A stretch of DNA of 64,000 nucleotides from an uncultured virus (IMG/VR IMGVR_UViG_3300026185_000029) (taxonomy: Duplodnaviria > Heunggongvirae > Uroviricota > Caudoviricetes): the IMG/VR virus record IMGVR_UViG_3300026185_000029; one strand, 5' to 3'. Of the stretch, positions 9,115 to 17,985 are shown one piece after another (the stretch's first letter is position 1; the number at the start of each line of letters is the position of its first letter). A program made the translations under genes and the position numbers. Below the pieces are notes generated by a model that was not told the DNA's origin, did not search any database, and was given only the letters and a program-made list of their open reading frames with translations.

Positions 9115-9390
9115 ATGAAGATAATTTCTTCATATCGCATACCTTCATCCTTCGACAGGGGATGTAAATATTACTGTCACATGAAACATCGGAGAAGCAT
9201 TATGGTTGTAGTTGATTCTACTTCTTCTCGTAATCATATTTATAAAGATGGTTGCCCGCGCTATTATCTTACCCATAAAGAAGGTTATGGCTGGATCGGT
9301 GTTGACCTATTATGGGTCAAGCCAGAGGAAGTATCCAAAATACAATCCCGGATTCTGCCTGGCGGTACTAAAGTACTAGCAAAGATTTAA
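9115..9390 (+). CDS. Hypothetical protein
   Basis: 91-aa ORF ending immediately before the hammerhead. Confidence 0.5.
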   Translation: MKIISSYRIPSSFDRGCKYYCHMKHRRSIMVVVDSTSSRNHIYKDGCPRYYLTHKEGYGWIGVDLLWVKPEEVSKIQSRILPGGTKVLAKI

Positions 9391-9462
9391 TGCCGAAACA
9401 TACACCCTTCGGGGTGTATGTCTATCAGAGTTGGTTACTCTGGTACTGATGATGGCAAACCA
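9391..9462 (+). ncRNA. Hammerhead ribozyme, type II, with pseudoknot
   Basis: Stem II TGCC/GGCA, GAAA core, stem III CATACACCC-TTCG-GGGTGTATG, GTC cleavage triplet (C9422), stem I TATCAGAG/CTCTGGTA, CTGATGA core; loop TGGTT can pair with downstream AACCA. Confidence 0.9.
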
Positions 9463-10305
9463 TGACAGGTAAAACTGTCATCAGATTTACTATGTTTTCC
9501 CTCCTTTACATATTTAAGGGAGGGTAGTGTTTTATTAAGAGACTGCCTCTTATTAAAGCACTAGTTAAAGACAGTATTGCAGGAACCCGCACAACCTCAA
9601 GGCGGTAACCCATATTGGGAAAGGAGTATAGACAGTTTTCTAGAGACTGAATATATTATATGCAAGATAGGACTTAAGCAGGTCCTATTAAAAATAAACT
9701 GCTAGTGGTTATTAGGATTGATCCCCTAATAATCATGCTATGCCTCTCTCCGGCTATCCCGAATGGGGCTTATATATGGAGAGACTGGGCCTTACCTACA
9801 GTAAGGATTAGAACCCCAGGCGTAAAGCTGTAGGGTAAACATAGGTATATCCTATGTTTATTTCCATAAGGACTCTTTTATCACTGGAAGATAAAGAGTC
9901 TAAGACAGTGACATTTCCAGTACATCTAACCTTCATGTGTTGGGTGAGTCAAATATTCGTCACTGTCGACTTTCTTATCGAGGATAACGTTTTCCCTATG
10001 GACGTTATCTATTAGAACATAGGGACTTCATCAATAGCCGTAGAGTTGATGAAGGTGGGTTATCTACGGGTAAGGAAGAATTCTTCCTTACTTACTTATC
10101 TGTCTTTTAAAGGCATGTGCATAAGATTTATGACCTCTGGGTCATAATCGAAATTGCCATGTCTTTAAAGGGCATCCTCAGGAGAGGACTTGAACAAACA
10201 AGTAAAAATCCCCAGGCTTCTGGGTTAATCCGTGTTAAACGGACTCCCCCTAAATATTTAGAGGGATGGAAGCCATTCATTACTGCAGAGTAGTGAAACG
10301 TAAAC

Positions 10306-10377
10306 GCGCCTTTAGCATAAAGGTAATGCACCGAACTCATAATTCGGCAGATACTGGTTCGATTCCAGTAAGGCGCA
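10306..10377 (+). tRNA. tRNA with CAT anticodon (Met or Ile2)
   Basis: GCGCCTT/AAGGCGC acceptor, CCGAA-CTCATAA-TTCGG, GGTTCGATTCC; no encoded CCA. Confidence 0.9.
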
Positions 10378-10404
10378 TGAATTAAAAAAATACAGGAGAA
10401 AAAT

Positions 10405-10674
10405 ATGAGACTGATTACTGATGACGTTAACTCTCCCGTACCATCGCTAGTAGATAACATTAACGCTCTAACGTTAATTGATGCCTATGATGAGGAATGG
10501 GAGTGGCTCTTCGGAGCCACTCCCACCCCTCTACGGGGAGTTATGGTGGAGGTTACCCCCCTCCACACTCGAGAATGCTTACAAAAGCTCCTCTCCCTAG
10601 GGGCCATTCCCGTACGGGTAATCTACCAGGATGGAGTGCCTACCAGAGTACAGAAACTGGTGAAGCTAAAATAA
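10405..10674 (+). CDS. Hypothetical protein
   Basis: 89 aa, AGGAG RBS. Confidence 0.65.
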   Translation: MRLITDDVNSPVPSLVDNINALTLIDAYDEEWEWLFGATPTPLRGVMVEVTPLHTRECLQKLLSLGAIPVRVIYQDGVPTRVQKLVKLK

Positions 10675-10676
10675 AA

Positions 10677-10825
10677 GTGGAGTCTACCACTTAAAAATAT
10701 AGAGGAAACTCTATACATACTTTCTTGGAGATGAACACCAAGAACATAGTATGAGGCGCGTTCAGCATGGCATGGCCTAAGTCCCTTTGGGATATGGCGC
10801 TAATGTATTATCCTTAGGAGGGATA
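10677..10825 (+). ncRNA. Structured leader family R, copy 1 of 3 (also 13528..13690 and 17028..17187)
   Basis: GTGGAGTCTACCAC-AAAA-GAAA hairpin...GGCCTAAGT-hairpin-ATATGGCGCTAATG-TATCC..GGAGGGATA is conserved, with covarying stems. Confidence 0.6.
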
Positions 10826-11113
10826 ATGAAAACTTTGACTCTGAAAGGTATTACATTCACCCTGAACAATACAGAAGCCCGTGAGCTTCTGGTTTTGGTC
10901 TACGGTGAAAGACAATACAATTGGCCTGAAGAGGCCAAGAAGTTCCTCACCATTGAGGACAGGCTATATATCCGAGGATATCGCAAAGGTATCTCGGACG
11001 GACCCACTTGGCAGGACGAAAGTTCTGCCGTATGGGAGCCTGAGCTCCCTTCCGACCCTCATTATGTGAGGGGTTATGAGGAGGGGCACTGGGAGGCATC
11101 TCAGGATATTTAA
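10826..11113 (+). CDS. Hypothetical protein with YxxGY motifs (paralogous to 48758)
   Basis: ATG 10826 follows GGAGGG; shares DGPTW/DGPSW and YxRGY with 48758..48946. Confidence 0.65.
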   Translation: MKTLTLKGITFTLNNTEARELLVLVYGERQYNWPEEAKKFLTIEDRLYIRGYRKGISDGPTWQDESSAVWEPELPSDPHYVRGYEEGHWEASQDI

Positions 11114-11131
11114 TTCTGAAATGCCTTCCAC

Positions 11132-11164
11132 CCCTGCTGATATACCAGGGTTAAAAGTATATCA
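11132..11164 (+). ncRNA. Compact pseudoknot family P, copy 1 of 4 (also 12217..12249, 14101..14132, 14720..14751)
   Basis: CCCTG/CAGGG stem; loop TGATATAC pairs with GTATATCA (TAGCATAC/GTATGCTA in other copies); each copy lies just after a stop codon. Confidence 0.65.
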
Positions 11165-11166
11165 AG

Positions 11167-11283
11167 GGTTGGCTCCTTCATAGATTAATTTCTATGAAGG
11201 GGTTTAGGCTTCTTCTATCTATTATTAGATGGGGGACAGTGCTTAAGACATTATCTGGTGACAGCAGATGATGGCGCAAACCA
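11167..11283 (+). ncRNA. Structured leader family S, copy 1 (near-identical copy at 11688..11787; related sequence at 9064..9113)
   Basis: GGTTGGCT-hairpin-GGTTTAGGC-hairpin-CAGTGCTTAAG...GCAAACC repeated on both sides of gene 11302. Confidence 0.6.
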
Positions 11284-11301
11284 TACATATACAATATAAT
11301 C

Positions 11302-11685
11302 ATGACTGTTGACACTCTTTCTTTACCTCCAGAAATTCAAGAGAACATTAGTTACGGTATTGCTCATAAGCAGTTACAAGTGTTCAGCTCTCGCGAGGGA
11401 GTTATAGGATGTATAGTAAAGTCCGAATTTGCCGATTTATATATTGACGGTAAGTTCATATTCCGTCATCCACTGTTCCCCTCGACCAGAATCGAGACCT
11501 ACTGCTTGGTAGGAGATAAACAGAAAGTGAAGAAATTCATCGTCTCCGAAGTTCGAGGACAGGCCTACCTGTCTTTAATCGAGCAATATGGAGAGGACGA
11601 GGTCCGTTCCTGGGACCGCTCTCGGACTGACGGCCAGATGGAAACAGCCACCCATGAGACTTATTTAAAGTACATGTTGGCTTAA
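11302..11685 (+). CDS. Hypothetical protein
   Basis: 127-aa ORF between the two family S repeats. Confidence 0.65.
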   Translation: MTVDTLSLPPEIQENISYGIAHKQLQVFSSREGVIGCIVKSEFADLYIDGKFIFRHPLFPSTRIETYCLVGDKQKVKKFIVSEVRGQAYLSLIEQYGEDEVRSWDRSRTDGQMETATHETYLKYMLA

Positions 11686-11803
11686 ACGGTTGGCTCCTTC
11701 ATAGATTAATTTCTATGAAGGGGTTTAGGCTTCTCCCGTCTATTATTAGATGGGAGACAGTGCTTAAGGCTTAAATGCCGCAAACCATTTAGGAAATAAA
11801 AAT

Positions 11804-12208
11804 ATGAAGTTTGTGAATCTCTCCCAACATAAGCTGGGCATCTTAAACCCCCTTCAACCCACCAAAGAGTTTACATTCAGGGGGCGGCAACAGCTGGCCC
11901 TTGACGCCGAACCTCATCTGGTAATCTCATTACCACCTTGGGAAGGGGCTCTTCCTGAAGTTGTCCGAACTTCAGGAGACGAAAGAGAAGTAGATGGAGT
12001 ATCCATCCTTTTTGAAGGTACGGAGGAGATTAAGAATCTCCCTTCCCCTCAAGAAGGGACTATTTTCATCACATCTTACCAAGCTGCGAAAGCGGCTTGG
12101 AGCTTAGGAAGAAAAGACATCTGTTGCCCAGGGCAGTTGGTCTTTGTTGAGCCCCATCAGGGGCGAGGGGAAATTGCTGGTTGCTTAGGTCTGAAAGGAT
12201 CTAAGTAG
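11804..12208 (+). CDS. Conserved hypothetical phage protein (N-terminal NL-S/T-xH type)
   Basis: VNLSQH...LPSPQEGTIFITS...RKDICCPG...GCLGL pattern, common in phages; AGGA RBS. Confidence 0.7.
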   Translation: MKFVNLSQHKLGILNPLQPTKEFTFRGRQQLALDAEPHLVISLPPWEGALPEVVRTSGDEREVDGVSILFEGTEEIKNLPSPQEGTIFITSYQAAKAAWSLGRKDICCPGQLVFVEPHQGRGEIAGCLGLKGSK

Positions 12209-12344
12209 CTTTGCCACCCTGCTAGCATACCAGGGTTATAAGTATGCTACCTCTCCTAGAGGCTAATAGGCAGGTCGGAATACCTGAACTTATAAGAACT
12301 TATAAGTTAAAATGTCTCTCTAATAATTCTAATTAGAATTATTA

Positions 12345-12760
12345 ACTAGCAACACCTTCACGAGGTGAGAGACGCATTACTGCTCGACAGTAATCTAGCG
12401 TTGCTATTACTATGGGTGCTCCCCTGTAGTGATTATTATAGGAGCCTCCACCCCAAGTGACTCACGACTGAGGGGATTATTGGTGGACACTGTGAAAAGG
12501 ACTGATATACTCCTATATAGTATATCCCTTTCCTAGAGGTATATAGGCAGGTTGAAATCCCTAGAGCCAAAATTCTCTCCGACAGTCCAATATGATGTCG
12601 ACTAGCAATGAAGGTGAGAGACCGAGTTACTGCTTGACAGTAATTTATTATTGCTATCACTATTTGGTGCTCTCCAATAGTGATTAATTCAAGAGCCCTA
12701 CCTTAAGAGACGCACAGCTTAAGGAATTATAGTGGACAGTGTGAGAACTTCCTGATAATT
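12345..12760 (+). repeat. Diverged tandem duplication of a structured non-coding unit
   Basis: ACTAGCAA..AGGTGAGAGAC..TTACTGCTYGACAGTAAT..TTGCTATYACTAT..GTGCTC..AGTGATTA..GTGGACA.TGTGA occurs from about 12345 and again from 12601. Confidence 0.75.
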
Positions 12761-13459
12761 GTCAATTGGTAACACCTTTATAGGGTAGGAAGAAATAGAT
12801 TCTTATAGATCTATAACGTTACCTAGCATAGGAGTAAACAGCTATAACTCCTGTCCTAGATCTCTGTGAGCTGGGCTTTTATAAAGCTAACGGTAGTTAA
12901 AAGATAAGAGGTAGGTTCATAAGAAAGCCTCAAATTTATCTAATTGACTTAAATCCGTGGAGATCAGAAGGGGCTGATATACCCCTATATAGTATATCCC
13001 TGTGAACTTCCATACTAGAGTCTAGATTAGCCCTAACAGACCTCGAAAGAGTATCTGTTAGGACTAATCTAGTAGGACACCCAGGCGAGACTGGGGAAGA
13101 TGATAGTATCTTCTAAAGCTATAAATAGTGGCTGAAAAGGTAACAGCACTAGATATAATAGAAGGCTATTGCCTTTGATTAAGATGACAGGTGGAAGTCC
13201 TGTAACCCTTAAGGGTTAAATAGTCATACTGACTATCTTCTACTTATCTTGAAGTAGTTAATAAGACTCGCTATCTTATTAATTACCAGCTAACGTGACA
13301 AGGTTCTTTAAGAACTTATAGGAAGTAGCTGAAAGGTTTGTATAAGATCTTAATTAAAGATCAATGTCCGTTCGAATCGGAGATATTAAGTTTAACTTAG
13401 ATATTAGGTTTAACTTAGTATACGTGCAGCCGTGTTGGTAGGCTGTAGCCAATTATTAT

Positions 13460-13521
13460 AGATAGGTTTTCTAAGGTGGTAGCACTCCCTTAGGATTGAA
13501 GGTTCAAATCCTTCCTATTTA
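13460..13521 (+). ncRNA. Truncated tRNA-like element (acceptor + T arm + one hairpin)
   Basis: AGATAGG/CCTATTT, GAAGG-TTCAAAT-CCTTC. Confidence 0.5.
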
Positions 13522-13695
13522 TCTAGACTAGGAGTCTAACCTAGTATAAAAATCTAATGGAAACATTAGGCAAGCACTCCCTCATACAGAGGTTAGGGGA
13601 GAACAATGCTTGAGACGTCCTCAGCCAGGCCTAAGTACTTACGTTATTGTAAGTATATGGCGCTAATGTTTATCCTTTAGGAGGGATATAGAAAC

Positions 13696-14058
13696 ATGGT
13701 CACTGAAACCAAATTCAAATGGCTGGTGAGAAATCTGGAAGAAAACGCGGCAGTTACTCAACGGGCAATTGCAAATGCCCGTCGGGTCCACGAGGAGCGA
13801 GTTTCACAGGTTGTCTCGATCCTAACCCGAGAGGGTTGGACTGAAGTCTATGTAAAGGGGACTCAAGTCTAAGGGGAGCAAGGCCTCCTCGGTGGGGCCC
13901 ATCTCGTTGTGAACATCACTGACGGGGTGATGAGTTTCCGGGAGTATTTAGACTCCCAGGAAAGCCTCCTACAAGAGGCGTTTGAGATTGAAGATTACAA
14001 GGACTACCTGAAAGGAGAGGGGGCGCAGTTCGTCGATCTTGACGACTATAAACTGTAA
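13696..14058 (+). pseudogene. 120-codon ORF interrupted by one in-frame TAA (13870..13872); missing from the ORF track
   Basis: MVTETKFKWL...KGTQV*GEQGLLGG...DDYKL* in one frame; strong GGAGGG RBS from the family R leader. Confidence 0.7.
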
Positions 14059-14132
14059 AACCCTTTCAAGAAAAAGAAGAACTAATTCTTCTTTTTTCTA
14101 TCCAGCTAGCATACCTGGATTATAAGTATGCT

Positions 14133-14250
14133 CCCAATTCCTTGGGTTAACCTTTATTGAAAAGATAAAGGAATTAGACAGCAACGTCTAATTAGGAGGT
14201 CCGCAAGGTCGTTCAATAGACATTATTCTATTGGAAGAACGCTAAAGGAC
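14133..14250 (+). ncRNA. Structured family Q, copy 1 of 5 (also 14752..14870, 16248..16365, 17799..17904, 26863..26955)
   Basis: 5' pseudoknot (CCC-GATTCCCT-GGG ... GGGAG), then stem-GCWAGGTC-hairpin-GARCGCTMA-stem, with covariation. Confidence 0.65.
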
Positions 14251-14305
14251 AGTTCTAAGTAATTACTTGGGATGCCCTGTATACATCCTTAAACAAGACA
14301 AGAAT

Positions 14306-14707
14306 ATGTTTAGCCCTGTCACCATAGCATCAGCCATCGTACCCGTGAGCCAAATTTTAGTGTACCCCCTAAAGGGGTGCACATACAGGGTCACGCTCAG
14401 TAGCTGTTACGACCTCACATACGAGGACGTAAAAATTCTCGGTAAAAACTTGATGGACAGACTGTCATGTCCTAGTGACTTCGAAGTTGACCCCAAAATG
14501 TCCCCCGCTGAAAACGGGGAAAGACTAGCTAAGCATCTGGTGGAAGTGGCGGAGCGGAGGCTCCGTCTAGCCAAGAGCTTTGGATATTTCGTTGAAGTCG
14601 AGGAGCGTATAGCTGCTCGGCACCACCTATTGGCAACGAAAGTGTCTACAGTGGAGGTAGACGAGGGAGACCCAGAATATAACTGTAGAGACTTTCTCTG
14701 CAGTTAA
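14306..14707 (+). CDS. Hypothetical protein
   Basis: ORF 14267..14707, likely ATG 14306. Confidence 0.6.
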   Translation: MFSPVTIASAIVPVSQILVYPLKGCTYRVTLSSCYDLTYEDVKILGKNLMDRLSCPSDFEVDPKMSPAENGERLAKHLVEVAERRLRLAKSFGYFVEVEERIAARHHLLATKVSTVEVDEGDPEYNCRDFLCS

Positions 14708-14956
14708 TTATCATCCCTACCCTGCTAGCATACCAGGGTTACAAGTATGCTCCCGATTCTCTGGGTTAATTTCTACTGAAAAGGTAGATGGATTAAACTT
14801 TCATTAGTTTAATTGGGAGGTCCGCAAGGTCGTTCAATAGAGTAATACCTATTGGAAGAACGCTAAAAGGCATAGAGGAGACAACCTCTAGTAATATAGT
14901 AATATATTACAAATTAAATCAATAAGACATAAGAACGAGAATAGGACAGGTACAAG

Positions 14957-16003
14957 CTATAACTTGTAAGTTCCTTTAATCTCTAACATCTTATCTCTGA
15001 CACTAGCCCCGGCTTCTTCAGCAGTATGGAAGTAACCACATTCATACTTCTTTTTGCTGTGGGAGAAGGACCCTCTATATCTCTTAGCCTTCAACCCTCT
15101 ACCTTTACAAAAGACTACTCCTAATGGTAGGTCTTTTTTATAGATTAAAGAGATAGGCTGAGGTTTAAGAGAAAGAGAAGGAGCAGGTTCTGACAGCTTT
15201 AATGCTGTCTTCCAATTATCAGGTAGTAGATGGGAATAGCTTGGCAGTACGTGTCTTAGCAATTGCTGTCTTGCCTCTAGTTGGGTCATAAGGGAAGAAG
15301 CGGCTTGAAGTGCTAAATGTTCTCCATGAATGAATTGAACATTCTTCATGAGGCTTATAAAGCACTTAGCTTCTTCATTAATCCCTTTAGGACTGACAAG
15401 ATAAAGAGTATAATTGGTTCTATGTAGATTGAAGAGCAGATCGGGATATCGCCTTTCAAAGAATATTTCTTTAAGGTCGGTCATAGTAATCCTATGCATC
15501 TTCACTTCATAATATATAGCCTCACCACATACTTTTAAATCTATCCTTCTTGTAGGAGGAGTGTCAGAGACAGTATTGGCTAAGATAATCTCTTTCTGTA
15601 GTGGTTTATCTGTTCTAGAGAATAGATCAACTAACTGTGCTACATAATAGTCTTCAGAGGAAGGCTTATGTAGAGAAGGAGTAACTCCCCTGAGAATTTC
15701 ATCAGCCCAAGTTATTACTTGTACATGAAATTCAGGAGAGAGCCATCTAGCCAAATCTATAGCCACTAAACGATGAACCCAGGTTCCTTGTTCAGTAAAG
15801 CTATTCCCCTTTCTTATATAGACTGCTGGTGATGGGCAGATCAGCCTATCACTTTCTAAAGCTTTCATAAAAGCTTTAGTAGAGTCTAGTCTTAGATAAT
15901 CTTTGGGGACTTTATTAAAAGCTTTACACATGGCTGTAGCTGAGAAGAATCCATCTTCTCTAATCTCTATGACATTATCTTTAAAGGATTTTGTTATAAT
16001 CAT
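14957..16003 (-). CDS. KilA-N domain protein with PD-(D/E)XK-like middle and AP2-like C-terminus
   Basis: DGFFSATAMCKAFNK..DYLRLDST..QGTWVH..AIDLARWLSPEF (KilA-N); RIDL..YYEVK; KRYRG..YECGYFHTAEEAG (AP2-like). Confidence 0.8.
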   Translation of the reverse strand: MIITKSFKDNVIEIREDGFFSATAMCKAFNKVPKDYLRLDSTKAFMKALESDRLICPSPAVYIRKGNSFTEQGTWVHRLVAIDLARWLSPEFHVQVITWADEILRGVTPSLHKPSSEDYYVAQLVDLFSRTDKPLQKEIILANTVSDTPPTRRIDLKVCGEAIYYEVKMHRITMTDLKEIFFERRYPDLLFNLHRTNYTLYLVSPKGINEEAKCFISLMKNVQFIHGEHLALQAASSLMTQLEARQQLLRHVLPSYSHLLPDNWKTALKLSEPAPSLSLKPQPISLIYKKDLPLGVVFCKGRGLKAKRYRGSFSHSKKKYECGYFHTAEEAGASVRDKMLEIKGTYKL

Positions 16004-16426
16004 TCTTATAATTATTTAGATCTACATTTAATAGGAAGAAGTGTACAAGTTCTCTTACAGAAGCTGCCTTACTTTGATTAAGGCTACGAGATATTATTTC
16101 TAATTTCTCTAAGTCTTCTGGGTAGAACCCGATACTCAATTGCTTATATTTCTGCTTCATATTAGAAATTTATAGCATTTATATATTTGAGTATAACCTA
16201 TTCTTCCATTGAATGTAGGTCTTTTAGTTTATTTGAGATGATTAAATCCTGATTCCCCAGGTTAGCTTCTAATTAAAAGTTAGATGGATTAGACAGTAAT
16301 GTCTAATTGGGAGGTCCGCAAGGTCGTTCAATAGAGTAATACCTATTGGAAGAACGCTAAAGGACTTGGAAGCTTACACTAAATAAGTTTCTTATGTCAA
16401 TGACATTTATTCTTTAGAAGGAATCT

Positions 16427-16888
16427 ATGACTATTATCGCAATCAATAAAAAGACGGGTGATTACGTTAAAGACTTAGGCATGAAAGGAGAATACCCGTA
16501 TAGTTCCAGTGTCGGACGTGAAGTGTGCTTTGCGGGACAGAAAGAGTCCCGGTGGTTTCCCACGGAAATTAACCCTAGTGGACAAACCGTCTTAGAGCAA
16601 AAGACCCTGGAATGGATGCATAGAGTAGACCCCTCCTGGACTTGCCAGGTCTTCAATAACAACTACAACGGTTGTAAAGAAGTCGTATTGAAAACTAACG
16701 GAGACGGAACCCAACTGACCTCTAATTTTCCTTATTCATTTAAGGATGAGGTAGTTTACTTCCGTTCAGAGCACAAAGGAGAGTGGATGCTCGATTTAAA
16801 CGAGGAAGACAAGTCGCTGATTCTTCAGCTCATTAAGGACAGCGACCGCATTGATGAATGTGATGATGAAGAATGGATCTTTTGCTGA
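16427..16888 (+). CDS. Hypothetical protein
   Basis: 153 aa, AAGGA RBS, follows a family Q element. Confidence 0.65.
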   Translation: MTIIAINKKTGDYVKDLGMKGEYPYSSSVGREVCFAGQKESRWFPTEINPSGQTVLEQKTLEWMHRVDPSWTCQVFNNNYNGCKEVVLKTNGDGTQLTSNFPYSFKDEVVYFRSEHKGEWMLDLNEEDKSLILQLIKDSDRIDECDDEEWIFC

Positions 16889-17202
16889 TTAATGCATAAT
16901 GCAGCTTAACTTCCTATAAAAGACATTGGTTTAGAGGATCCGTCGACTTAAAAAAACTTACAAGCTCACCATTAAACAGTTTTCTCAGGAAACTGTAGTG
17001 GAAGTGGCTTGTCTGTAATTTCAGAATAGTGGAGTCTACCACTTAAAAATACTAAGGAAACTTAGTACAGATACATTCCCGTTATGTGGTTAGGAATGAT
17101 TTATATCTGAGACGTCCACAGCTTGGCCTAAGTACTTATAGCAATATAAGTATATGGCGCTAATGTTTATCCTTTAGGAGGGATATAACTATAACTATCA
17201 AC

Positions 17203-17613
17203 TTGAATTCGCATAACTTCCTCTCTGTGCTCAAAGACACGGAAGACAATGAAGCCTACACGAGGCATCGCCTCCTTTCGCTATGGAACAGCTTAAAAAA
17301 GAATGATGACATTGCTAAAGCTCAAGAGGGTTTAGCAATGGCTCTGTTCGAGCTTCAGAAAGCTTCAAAAGAGAAAGCCTTCTTTTTTGACAAAGAAGGT
17401 AATAGCTATCTCCCAGGCGGGCTCCACAGTGAGTTAGTCCGTATGACTCGATTGCTTGTAGAAACTATGAATTCAGAGGAGCTTTTTCACCCCTCTGAAT
17501 TCAATTACTCCGAAGGCTATGTAAAACACCTCTTTGTGAAGGTTGTAGCATTAGAGATCCAGGAGTTTGTAGACAACAACCCAAAACACGTCGCGGATAT
17601 GGCGCGACGTTAA
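17203..17613 (+). CDS. Hypothetical protein
   Basis: 136 aa, follows a family R leader. Confidence 0.6.
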   Translation: MNSHNFLSVLKDTEDNEAYTRHRLLSLWNSLKKNDDIAKAQEGLAMALFELQKASKEKAFFFDKEGNSYLPGGLHSELVRMTRLLVETMNSEELFHPSEFNYSEGYVKHLFVKVVALEIQEFVDNNPKHVADMARR

Positions 17614-17619
17614 AGAATT

Positions 17620-17691
17620 AGACATATAGCTTAATGGTAAAGCGTTAATCCTAAGGGATTAATTATGAAGGTTCGATTCCTTCTATGTCTT
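17620..17691 (+). ncRNA. tRNA-like element with closed anticodon arm
   Basis: AGACATA/TATGTCT, normal D and T arms, but TTAATCC-TAAG-GGATTAA replaces the 7-nt loop. Confidence 0.7.
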
Positions 17692-17985
17692 TTGGTATCT
17701 CCTAATGTTTCACTTTTGAGAGTTACTAGGTAATCTTTAGAGATTGCCTAGTGATTCTTTTTATTTAATGAAAGCAATAAAGGTTAATCAGGATTATTAC
17801 CCGATTCCCTGGGTTAACTCTTAATTAAAAGTTAAGAGGATTAGACTTTCATTAGTCTAATTGGGAGACCTGCTAGGTCGTCTTCTTGACGAGCGCTCAA
17901 AGGTTTAAATTACATTTACTCTCCTCTCTTTCTGAGGCCTTTAAATATGTATCCTATTTTCTCTTTTTGAGATAAGGGCTCCTAA

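Noticed and set aside
10128..10460. 110-aa minus-strand ORF (also 25736, 25774, 35297, 54465, 54571, 57792)
   Set aside because: They overlap tRNA or tRNA-like genes and have no coding features
13311..13390. Additional tRNA-like element (T arm TCCG-TTCGAAT-CGGA); similar lone T-loop hairpins at about 21760 and 45961
   Set aside because: No convincing acceptor stem could be drawn
17620..17691. Amber suppressor tRNA (CTA in the arm)
   Set aside because: The arm pairs to a 4-nt loop with no U33-type 7-nt loop
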